Translations under genes and position numbers: made by a program
NCBI GenBank assembly: GCA_902553145.1
Contig: CACDKD010000003.1
Coordinates: forward strand, 2,168 to 66,167
DNA from: an uncultured Gammaproteobacteria bacterium
GTDB taxonomy: Bacteria > Pseudomonadota > Gammaproteobacteria > Steroidobacterales > UBA11654
Direction: 5' to 3'
DNA: 64,000 nucleotides
Part shown: one piece after another, positions 47,012 to 55,084 of the stretch
Position numbering within the stretch: the first letter of the stretch is position 1
Layout of the letters: every line of letters starts with the position of its first letter
The notes under the pieces: model-generated
Databases searched by the model: none
Seen by the model: only the letters and a program-made list of their open reading frames with translations
What the model was told of the DNA's origin: nothing

Positions 47012-49132
47012 CTATTGAATCATATCAATTACTTCTAAAGCTGCTTTTGTGATATTCGTTCCTGGGCCAAAAACTGTTGCAACACCACAATCCTTAAGTG
47101 CTTCAATGTCTTGTTCAGGAATAATTCCACCGCAAACGACAAGTATATTTTCTGAACCTTGTTCTGCAAGAGAATTCATGAGTATCGGAACCAATGTTTT
47201 GTGTCCGGCTGCTTGAGAGGAGACACCAATGATATGAACGTCATTTTCAATGGCATCCCTTGCGGCTTCTTCAGGAGTTTGAAACAGGGGGCCTATATCA
47301 ACATCAAAACCCATATCTGCAAAGGCTGTTGCAATCACCTTCGCACCGCGATCGTGTCCATCCTGGCCTAACTTGACCACTAATATTCTAGGCCTTCTGC
47401 CATGCGATTCTTCAAACTCTTTTACTTTGCTTTCAACATTCATAAAGTCTTCATCGCCCTCATACTCTTTTCGGTAAACTCCACTGATTGATTGTGAAAC
47501 GGCTTTGTGTCTTCCGAAAACATTTTCCATTGCCAATGAGATCTCCCCAACGGTTGCTCGATGTTTTGCAGCCTCAATCGCCAATGCCATTAGGTTACCA
47601 TCTTCAGCGGCACATTTTTCAAGTTCAGCCAATGCATTTTGACATGCTTCCTCATTTCTTTCTTTTCTTATTGATTCTAATTTTTTAATCTGTTGATCCC
47701 TGACTCCTTCGTTGTCAATTGACAGTATGTCGACTTCTTTTTGATCCTTGTTTTTATAAGCATTCACACCAACAATGACGTCTTCTTTTTTATCCACTCT
47801 TGCTTGTCTGATGGCAGCAGATTCCTCTACTCTTAGTTTCGGCACTCCGGCTTGAATTGCCTTTGTCATGCCGCCAAGATCTTCAACTTCATCTATAAGC
47901 TTTTTCGTTTCACGAATCATTGAGTCGGTTAATGATTCAAGGTAATAAGACCCAGCTAGTGGATCGACAACTTTTGTCAATCCCGATTCTTCTCTGAGAA
48001 TCAACTGTGTATTTCTTGCAATTTGGGCAGAAAAAGGTGTTGGCAGTGCCAATGCCTCATCAAAAGAATTTGTATGCAGCGACTGAGTGCCACCCAAAAC
48101 TGCAGCCATGGCCTCAATCGTGGTTCTGACTATATTGTTGTAAGGGTCTTGACTGGTAAGACTGACACCCGACGTTTGACAATGAGTTCTTAACATCAAA
48201 GATTTAGGATTCTTTGGCGAAAATTCTTCTTTGATCATCTCAGACCAGAGGAATCGTGCCGCTCTGAGTTTTGCAATTTCCATGAAGAAGTTCATGCCTA
48301 TTCCAAAGAAAAATGACAGTCTCGGAGCAAAATCGTCAATATCCAGACCTTTCTTCATAGCAGACCTGACATACTCTAGACCATCTGCAAGTGTATAGGC
48401 GAGTTCCTGTGTGCATGTAGCTCCAGCCTCAAGCATGTGATAGCCAGAGATAGAGACGGTATTGAATTGAGGTAGATTATGAGAGCAGTACTCAATGATA
48501 TCAGCAACTATTCTCATTGAATGTTTGGGAGGATATATATATGTATTTCTCACCATGAATTCTTTGAGAATATCATTCTGCAATGTCCCGTTTAGATTTG
48601 ACTGATCAACACCTTGTTCTTCAGCAGCGACAACAAACATTGCCATAATAGGGATTACTGCACCATTCATGGTCATCGAGACTGACATTTTCTCGAGAGG
48701 GATCTGGTCAAAAAGCATTTTCATGTCTTCAACGGTATCAATTGCTACACCAGCCTTACCAACATCACCAGCAACTCTAGGATGGTCTGAGTCATAACCT
48801 CGATGAGTGGCTAAATCAAACGCCACAGAAAGACCAGTCTGTCCAGCTGATATGTTTTCTCTATAAAATGCATTTGATTCTTCAGCAGTTGAAAAACCAG
48901 AATATTGTCTGACAGTCCAAGGTCTTTTGGTATACATCGTAGCTCTGGGACCCCTCAGGAATGGCTCAATTCCCGGCATGGTATCGAGATGCTCTAATTC
49001 CATTAGATCCTCAGAGGAATAGACTGGTTTGACCTCTATCCCTTCGAGTGTATGCCAATCAAGACTTTCAATTTCATCTGTTTTAAGTTCAGATTGGGCT
49101 CTTTTTTTCCATTTTTCTTTAAGTTCAGACAT
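47012..49132 (-). CDS. scpA: Methylmalonyl-CoA mutase, single-chain (substrate barrel plus B12-binding domain)
   Basis: 706 aa. [18 protein letters not shown], and the C-terminal B12 domain motif DGHDRG (DxHxxG). Confidence 0.95.
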   Translation of the reverse strand: MSELKEKWKKRAQSELKTDEIESLDWHTLEGIEVKPVYSSEDLMELEHLDTMPGIEPFLRGPRATMYTKRPWTVRQYSGFSTAEESNAFYRENISAGQTGLSVAFDLATHRGYDSDHPRVAGDVGKAGVAIDTVEDMKMLFDQIPLEKMSVSMTMNGAVIPIMAMFVVAAEEQGVDQSNLNGTLQNDILKEFMVRNTYIYPPKHSMRIVADIIEYCSHNLPQFNTVSISGYHMLEAGATCTQELAYTLADGLEYVRSAMKKGLDIDDFAPRLSFFFGIGMNFFMEIAKLRAARFLWSEMIKEEFSPKNPKSLMLRTHCQTSGVSLTSQDPYNNIVRTTIEAMAAVLGGTQSLHTNSFDEALALPTPFSAQIARNTQLILREESGLTKVVDPLAGSYYLESLTDSMIRETKKLIDEVEDLGGMTKAIQAGVPKLRVEESAAIRQARVDKKEDVIVGVNAYKNKDQKEVDILSIDNEGVRDQQIKKLESIRKERNEEACQNALAELEKCAAEDGNLMALAIEAAKHRATVGEISLAMENVFGRHKAVSQSISGVYRKEYEGDEDFMNVESKVKEFEESHGRRPRILVVKLGQDGHDRGAKVIATAFADMGFDVDIGPLFQTPEEAARDAIENDVHIIGVSSQAAGHKTLVPILMNSLAEQGSENILVVCGGIIPEQDIEALKDCGVATVFGPGTNITKAALEVIDMIQ

Positions 49133-49292
49133 TAATAGATATCTACTAATTTAAAGTTAGGAAATCATTCTACAGGTCAGCCAGTTGATATTGAAAAGAA
49201 ATTTCACGAAAATTCAAAGAGTTCAGGCACTTTCTTGGCATTACAAACGCATCATTCTATAATGATTCTAATTTTTAACATTAATAAGGATT

Positions 49293-50339
49293 TTGAAAAT
49301 GAAGCTAGGTATTGGTCTTGGATATTCTCCAAGAAAACTGAAAATCCCCATGGAAGATATACTCTTTGCTGAAAAGATGGGTTTTGATTCGGTATGGGCT
49401 GCAGAGTCTTATGGCTCGGATGCAGTTTCTGTTGCATCTTATGTTCTTGCACAAACCTCTAAGATTAAAGTTGGGACAGCAATTATGCAGATGCAAGCCA
49501 GAACACCGGCTATGACTGCGATGACGGCATTGTCGCTCAATGCGCTCTCCAATAATCGATTTTTACTTGGTTTGGGTCCATCAGGCCCTCAAGTTGTTGA
49601 AGGATGGTATGGGCAGGCATATGGACGACCTCTTACCAGAACAAAGGAATACATCACAATAATTCGAAAAATCATTGACAGAGAAGAGGCGCTTGAGTTT
49701 GATGGTCATCATTATCAGATTCCTTTCAAAGGAGAGGGCTCATCGGGTTTAGGAAAGCCCTTAAAGAGTATTCTTCATAGCACTGGAGATCTCAAAATCT
49801 ATACTGCATCGATTACTCCAGCAGGATTAAGATGCGCTGGGGAGGTTTCGGATGGCGTTTTTCCCATTTGGATGAATCCGGAAAAATTTGACATTATCGG
49901 CGAGCATGTCGAAGAGGGGTTTGCAAAATCTTCAGAAGACAAATCCTTTGATAATTTCGATGTCGCACCCTTTGTGCCAGTTGCAATGGGGGATAACATC
50001 GATTTTTGTTATATGGCTATGAAACCAATGTTTGCATTATACATTGGTGGAATGGGAGCAAAATCTAAGAATTTTTATAATGACTATGCAAAGCGCCTAG
50101 GTTATGAGGAAGCTGCAGAAAAAATTCAAGACCTATATTTAGAAGGCAAAAAAGATGAAGCAGCAATGGCTGTTCCCAATGAATTGGTGGATGAGTGCAC
50201 ACTCATTGGACCAAAAGAACGCATCATTGAGCAACTTTCTCATTGGAAAGAGCTAGATAAGACTGGAAAAATTGGGACTTTGGTCTTAGGAAATGTAGGC
50301 CAGAAAGCAATTGAAGTGATTGCGAACGAGGTATTATAG
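49293..50339 (+). CDS. Luciferase-like monooxygenase (LLM) class oxidoreductase, probably F420-dependent subgroup
   Basis: The N-terminus MKLGIGLGY....L.......AEKMGFDSVWAAESYGSDA.S..SY.LAQTSKIKVGTAIMQ...RTPAMTAM is typical of the LLM F420-dependent subfamily. An F420 biosynthesis operon lies in the same window. Confidence 0.7.
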   Translation: MKMKLGIGLGYSPRKLKIPMEDILFAEKMGFDSVWAAESYGSDAVSVASYVLAQTSKIKVGTAIMQMQARTPAMTAMTALSLNALSNNRFLLGLGPSGPQVVEGWYGQAYGRPLTRTKEYITIIRKIIDREEALEFDGHHYQIPFKGEGSSGLGKPLKSILHSTGDLKIYTASITPAGLRCAGEVSDGVFPIWMNPEKFDIIGEHVEEGFAKSSEDKSFDNFDVAPFVPVAMGDNIDFCYMAMKPMFALYIGGMGAKSKNFYNDYAKRLGYEEAAEKIQDLYLEGKKDEAAMAVPNELVDECTLIGPKERIIEQLSHWKELDKTGKIGTLVLGNVGQKAIEVIANEVL

Positions 50340-50345
50340 TTTTAC

Positions 50346-50738
50346 ATGAACTATTCCACTTATTTCAGGTTATTAATCATCGGTCCAATCGTACTTGTTT
50401 TGGGGGGATATCTAATGGATTTGTCCTATCCCTTTCCTGAATCAATCAATGGCTATTATGGGCAGCTTGCTTTGGATGGGTTCAGCGATTGGTTTTACAT
50501 TCAGCTAGTACTGATACTGTCGGCATTTATCGCCGACGTATTGATGTATTTTTATGTCAAGAATTCAAGAGAGCTTTGGATACTCTCAACATCGGGTGTA
50601 TTGATCACTGGCATGATGATGCCAGAAATTAATATTTCCTCTTCATTGAATCAGGAGATGTTACAGCTTGCAGCGATTATTTCAGGCGTGAAAATAGCTT
50701 CGGCTTATTTATCTCCCCAGATCAGAGATCTATTTTGA
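50346..50738 (+). CDS. Hypothetical membrane protein
   Basis: 130 aa with about 4 hydrophobic helices. I recognise no family. Confidence 0.45.
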   Translation: MNYSTYFRLLIIGPIVLVLGGYLMDLSYPFPESINGYYGQLALDGFSDWFYIQLVLILSAFIADVLMYFYVKNSRELWILSTSGVLITGMMMPEINISSSLNQEMLQLAAIISGVKIASAYLSPQIRDLF

Positions 50739-50749
50739 ATGAATGCAAA

Positions 50750-50770
50750 GGGGAGGCGATTGACCTCCCC
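50750..50770. terminator. GC-rich hairpin between convergent genes (probable terminator)
   Basis: GGGGAGG-CGATTGA-CCTCCCC, a 7-bp stem. On the minus strand a short TTTG follows. Confidence 0.45.
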
Positions 50771-50779
50771 AAAGCCTTC

Positions 50780-51229
50780 TTATCCCAATAATTTTTTCTT
50801 AGTCGTTAAACTTATTTTTTTGGGCTTACGATGTTCAGGGATAAGTCTTTCCATGCCAATGTAGAGCATGCCATTCGAGAGGGCAGCACCTTTGACTTCC
50901 ACATCATCAGAAATTACAAATTTTCTGACGAAATTTCTAGAAGCCAAACCTTGATGAACTAGACCTTCTGATGCTTCGTTTGATCTGTTACCAGAAATAG
51001 TGAGAGTTTCTCCTTGGACTTCCAAATCAAGATCATCCTCTTCAAATCCTGCTATTGCTAATTCAATCGTATATTTTTCATCGCTGACCTTCCGGATATT
51101 GTATGGAGGGTAGTTAATGCTTTGTGATTTTGAATTTGCCATGATTGACAGCGCATCAAATGTTCTATCAAAACCAACAGCAAATGGAGAGATGTCTCTC
51201 CAGACTGTATCAAATAATGTATTTACCAT
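50780..51229 (-). CDS. ibpA: Small heat-shock protein (IbpA/Hsp20, alpha-crystallin domain)
   Basis: PPYNIRKVSDEKYTIELAIAGF......L.....L.I.G and GMLYIGMER.IPE. Confidence 0.9.
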   Translation of the reverse strand: MVNTLFDTVWRDISPFAVGFDRTFDALSIMANSKSQSINYPPYNIRKVSDEKYTIELAIAGFEEDDLDLEVQGETLTISGNRSNEASEGLVHQGLASRNFVRKFVISDDVEVKGAALSNGMLYIGMERLIPEHRKPKKISLTTKKKLLG

Positions 51230-51294
51230 AATGTTCTCCTTATTTAAGCAAGTTAATTATTTATGTGGACCCAATTTAGGCATCCACAAAGGAG

Positions 51295-51322
51295 ATATAT
51301 GGTTGATTAAATAATATTCAAG
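51295..51322 (-). promoter_or_regulatory. Sigma32 (heat-shock)-type promoter upstream of ibpA
   Basis: On the minus strand this reads CTTGAAT (51322-51316), a 13-nt spacer, then CCATATAT (51302-51295). The consensus is CTTGAAA-N13-15-CCCCATNT. Confidence 0.45.
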
Positions 51323-51334
51323 GCTTGAATTTCT

Positions 51335-52234
51335 TCAGAAATAGAATTTTCTCCAAAGCTTGAGTCCAAGAACTAAGGACAGAATCCAAAAAATGAACTC
51401 AACCCAATTCGGATTGCTGTTGTAGCCTAAAAATCCTTTCAAAAAAACACCAACCCGACCTTTGTCATGGAGTAGGTGAGTGTATTTTTCTTTTCCATTT
51501 AGATTATATGAATACAAAAATGCACTATCATTTTCATCGAGAGTCGTTTTTGGTTGGAGTATATCCCACACTCGATTAATTTCTGATTTATCTTGCAGGC
51601 CGACCACCTCTAAACGATCACCTTTGACTAGGAATTCCTCCATTTCATGCGTTCCATAAGCGACCATTCCTGATGCAAAAAGCACTAATAAGAATGTTGT
51701 TGCCCTGAAAAATGATCTCAGATTTATTTTTCTGCCTTGAATGACAATAAAATAGCCAATCATGATTGCAATTAACATGCCTAGAATAAAGCCGACATAA
51801 GAGAAAGAGCCTGTCATTGAGAGACTGCCCATTAAAAAGATTGCTGTTTCAAAGCCTTCTCTGAGAATTGCAAAAAAGACCACAAGAAAGACTCCCCAAC
51901 CTGAAGCTTGCATTGCATTTTTAGTTTCATTCTCAAGCCCTGTTCTGTCACTAACATGTTTAGATAACCAAAAAATCACATACCAAAGTAAACCCGCAGT
52001 GATATACATGAAAACACCTTCGAAGAGAGCAGTATAGGATTCATTTCCTATAGATTCTTTAATATTATTAAGTGCTAAAGCTACAAAAATACTGGCAATG
52101 ATTGCAGCGGCAACACCTGCCCATAGCTGTCTGATTTCCTTTATTAAATTATTCTTTTCAAGAAGTGTGTATATGATTCCTACGATAAGGCAGGCCTCTA
52201 GGCTTTCTCTAAAAACAATTATAAATTCATTCAT
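51335..52234 (-). CDS. FTR1/EfeU-family high-affinity iron permease
   Basis: Two REXXE motifs (FRESLEA and LREGFETA) in TM helices. About 7 TM helices. Confidence 0.85.
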   Translation of the reverse strand: MNEFIIVFRESLEACLIVGIIYTLLEKNNLIKEIRQLWAGVAAAIIASIFVALALNNIKESIGNESYTALFEGVFMYITAGLLWYVIFWLSKHVSDRTGLENETKNAMQASGWGVFLVVFFAILREGFETAIFLMGSLSMTGSFSYVGFILGMLIAIMIGYFIVIQGRKINLRSFFRATTFLLVLFASGMVAYGTHEMEEFLVKGDRLEVVGLQDKSEINRVWDILQPKTTLDENDSAFLYSYNLNGKEKYTHLLHDKGRVGVFLKGFLGYNSNPNWVEFIFWILSLVLGLKLWRKFYF

Positions 52235-52312
52235 TCTGGTTCCTTGTAAAAAAGAAAAGCAAGCCAGGTAAAGGTTAAGGTATGAGTGTTACTCCAGCTT
52301 GCTCTTCTAAAT

Positions 52313-52331
52313 TTAAATGATAATCATTTTC
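52313..52331. promoter_or_regulatory. Fur box upstream of the FTR1 permease gene
   Basis: TTAAATGATAATCATTTTC matches 15/19 positions of GATAATGATAATCATTATC by hand count. Confidence 0.55.
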
Positions 52332-52524
52332 ATTTAAATTAATTTTAATCAGATCTTAATTTTTATCAAATAATTTCGGACTAAAGATTTATTCAAATAA
52401 CAATGGAGCCCATGGTAGTTAGAGGGAATGATTTTTTAGATCATTGAGCTCCACTGTTAAATCGTTACTCAGATAAAAGCGGGGGGTGGTGATTGCCGTT
52501 ATCATTTGTAACCTATTAAATGTT

Positions 52525-54612
52525 TTAGAATCTTCTTCTAATAGAGAGACGAGCATTTATCCCTTCACCAACCGACGCTTGGTGCGTGCTGTGTGAGTGA
52601 GGGAAATATAGGTCATCCCCTAGATTCTCTACATTTAATGTGACTGTAAGGTCTTCTGATACATCATAGTTTAGAGCAAAGTCTATTCTTGAGTAATCAG
52701 GAAGTATTAATCCTGGCTTATCATTACTGATGTTAGATTCACCTTGGCGAGTTATCCCCAGACCCCAGCTGAGTTGATCACTAACTTGATACATTGCCCA
52801 TACTGAAAAAGTACTATTCGGGATCTCACGTGGTTCCCCACCAGATTTAGTCTTACCATCCATATTGCTATAACCCAGCGCCATGAAGAGACTGTCATTA
52901 ATTTGGCCTTTTAGTTGTAGCTCAAAGCCATCAACTTGGAGACCTATGATTTCAGCTCCCTCACCAGTATCATCGGGTGTAGCCAGAACCTGATCGCTGT
53001 CAAAGTAACTTGCAGTAAAGCTCAGCTCATCTGAGATATCATACTTCACGCCTACTTCTGTGCTTTCGTATACATCTGGATCCAATTTAGCACTGCTAGA
53101 CGATAGCTTCTTGAATTGTTCACCTGACCTTGGAAGGAAGCTTTCGCTGTAGCTGACATAGAAAGATACATTATCCTGAGGCTTGTAAATAATTCCTGCA
53201 CGTGGCGAGAACTCTTCATCTTTTCTTGATTCTGCGGATCCACCTTTTATGTCTGTGACAGTGATATCAAAACTATCAAATCGACCACCAAGGAGAAGTT
53301 TTAAGTTCTCTGATACATCAATCTGATCTTGTATAAACAATGACTTAACTTTGATGTCAGATTCTGTTTGGCTCTTCAACTTGGTGACAAAGTCAACAGC
53401 AGTTGCAACACCAGCTGAATTGACTGAAATATCCAAAGGCCTTGTTATTTGAAAGGTTTCTTTATCATTGCCAGTGGTAGACCAGTATGTGTCATAGCGA
53501 AGATTTTTGTTATCGGTATCAATGATCTCTGCGCCAACCAAAAGAGTATGAGTGGTTGCACCTATTTCAATTTCACTGACGATATTACCTGAGACGATTA
53601 AATTATCTCTCTCAGTTGGATCATCGTATCCATCGAGCGTAACCAATGTGCCGTCGTATCCAGATGCATAAAGGTTTGTATATCTTTTTTCAAAATCACT
53701 GGACTGAATTGTGAGGTTTCCTTTCCTAGAATCAGAAAACTCATGACTTACATTCGCACGTAAAATATGAGCCTCAAGTGTAGTGAGATTTATATCCGAA
53801 GTACCAAAAGTTATTTTTTCTAAAGATTCGACAGGTCTGCCATTCTCAGTTGGAATTCCTCTATCAATGACTCTTTCATGGTCAGCGTACTCATATGAAA
53901 GATCAACAGTTGTTTGATCGCTCATCTCTATCCTCATCGTAGGATTGAACCCAGTTCGATCGCCATCATAGAGATCTCTGTGATTATCCAGTGAGTCAAC
54001 ATGAACATTAACTCTAAGGGCAGTATTATCCGCTGTTTGCCAGTTGTAGTCGGCTGCGACATCAAATGCACCAAAAGTATCTGCACCAAAATCAACTAAT
54101 CCAAATTCTTCACCTATTACTGCTTTTTTGGTAACACGATTAATCATGCCGCCAGTTCCACCGCGTCCAAATAAAAGTGCGTTTGGACCCCTAAGAATTT
54201 CGACTTGCTCAAGGTTATATAAAGAACGATAGTATTGAACATCGTCTCTCACGCCATCAAGGTAAAAGTCAGCTGTCGATCGAACACCCCTAAATACTAC
54301 TGAATCACGGTGTCCTTCGCCTTGAGAAGTATTTACACCTGGTGTGTATCTTACGATATCACCAAGTTCTCTAAAGCCTTGGTTTTTTATATCGTCGTCG
54401 GTGACAATTGATAGTGTTTGTGGAACATCCAAAATGCGAACAGGAGTCTTTAGTGCATTAACCTGGTCGGAATAGAGGACTTTACCTTTAACTACAATTT
54501 CCTCTACATCATCATCAGAATCCTGAGCTAATAAAGGCATAAAACTTGAAACACTGAATGCAAAAAGGACTGCATTCAAAAAGTATCTGTTTATCTTCAT
54601 AATATTTTCCAA
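52525..54612 (-). CDS. TonB-dependent outer-membrane receptor (siderophore/iron-complex type)
   Basis: Signal peptide, a plug domain (LDVPQTLSIVT, RGVRSTADFYLDGVRD, VEILRGPNALLFGRGGTGG), a long barrel, and the C-terminal ...LSIRRRF. Confidence 0.92.
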   Translation of the reverse strand: MENIMKINRYFLNAVLFAFSVSSFMPLLAQDSDDDVEEIVVKGKVLYSDQVNALKTPVRILDVPQTLSIVTDDDIKNQGFRELGDIVRYTPGVNTSQGEGHRDSVVFRGVRSTADFYLDGVRDDVQYYRSLYNLEQVEILRGPNALLFGRGGTGGMINRVTKKAVIGEEFGLVDFGADTFGAFDVAADYNWQTADNTALRVNVHVDSLDNHRDLYDGDRTGFNPTMRIEMSDQTTVDLSYEYADHERVIDRGIPTENGRPVESLEKITFGTSDINLTTLEAHILRANVSHEFSDSRKGNLTIQSSDFEKRYTNLYASGYDGTLVTLDGYDDPTERDNLIVSGNIVSEIEIGATTHTLLVGAEIIDTDNKNLRYDTYWSTTGNDKETFQITRPLDISVNSAGVATAVDFVTKLKSQTESDIKVKSLFIQDQIDVSENLKLLLGGRFDSFDITVTDIKGGSAESRKDEEFSPRAGIIYKPQDNVSFYVSYSESFLPRSGEQFKKLSSSSAKLDPDVYESTEVGVKYDISDELSFTASYFDSDQVLATPDDTGEGAEIIGLQVDGFELQLKGQINDSLFMALGYSNMDGKTKSGGEPREIPNSTFSVWAMYQVSDQLSWGLGITRQGESNISNDKPGLILPDYSRIDFALNYDVSEDLTVTLNVENLGDDLYFPHSHSTHQASVGEGINARLSIRRRF

Positions 54613-54628
54613 ATCTATTATTATTAAT

Positions 54629-54647
54629 GATAACGATTATCATTATC
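54629..54647. promoter_or_regulatory. Fur box 1 upstream of the TonB-dependent receptor
   Basis: GATAACGATTATCATTATC matches 17/19 positions of the Fur consensus by hand count. Confidence 0.65.
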
Positions 54648-54651
54648 AAAT

Positions 54652-54670
54652 GTAGATGATAATCATTATC
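54652..54670. promoter_or_regulatory. Fur box 2 upstream of the TonB-dependent receptor
   Basis: GTAGATGATAATCATTATC matches 16/19 positions of the Fur consensus, and the last 13 nt are exact. Confidence 0.6.
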
Positions 54671-54802
54671 AATAACAATGCAAGTATTTTTTTAAAAATC
54701 ATAGATGCTTAAAAAACCTCGAATGGAATCAATCTAAATCTATGATAGGTCCGAAATCCTTGTATAATCACGTCACATAAAGACGTTTAAAAAGGAGTAA
54801 AT

Positions 54803-55084
54803 GTGCATTTTGAAGGACTCGCAATGGGCGTAATCGTCTTCTTAATAATAGGAATATTTCATCCTGTCGTTATCAAAGTTGAATACTATTTTGGCAAAAA
54901 AGTATGGCCTGTTTTCTTTGTCATTGGGTGGAGCTTTGTCATTTGGTCACTTTTTACTGAGAATCTCTTCTTCTCAATTTTCCTAGGCGTGTTTGGTTTC
55001 TCTTGTCTATGGAGTATCGGTGAATTAATTGAACAAGAGGGCAGGGTAAAGAAAGGATGGTTCCCTAAAAACCCAAATCGCTAA
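54803..55084 (+). CDS. Hypothetical small membrane protein
   Basis: 93 aa with three hydrophobic helices. GTG start. I could not assign a family. Confidence 0.45.
   Translation: MHFEGLAMGVIVFLIIGIFHPVVIKVEYYFGKKVWPVFFVIGWSFVIWSLFTENLFFSIFLGVFGFSCLWSIGELIEQEGRVKKGWFPKNPNR

Noticed and set aside
49133-49292. I looked for a cobalamin riboswitch upstream of the B12-dependent mutase operon and upstream of the TonB-dependent receptor (54613-54802).
   Set aside because: Neither region shows a B12-box-like GCCACTG core or GC-rich structured segments. The receptor upstream region is instead explained by Fur boxes.
51230-51300. A possible RNA thermometer in the ibpA leader. UCUCCUU (51295-51289 on the minus strand) is complementary to the Shine-Dalgarno AAGGAGA, with an intervening hairpin UGUGGA...UCCACA.
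   Set aside because: The anti-SD segment overlaps or abuts the predicted sigma32 -10 element, so it would lie upstream of the expected transcription start and would not be in the mRNA. This is only tenable if the real promoter is further upstream, which I could not support.
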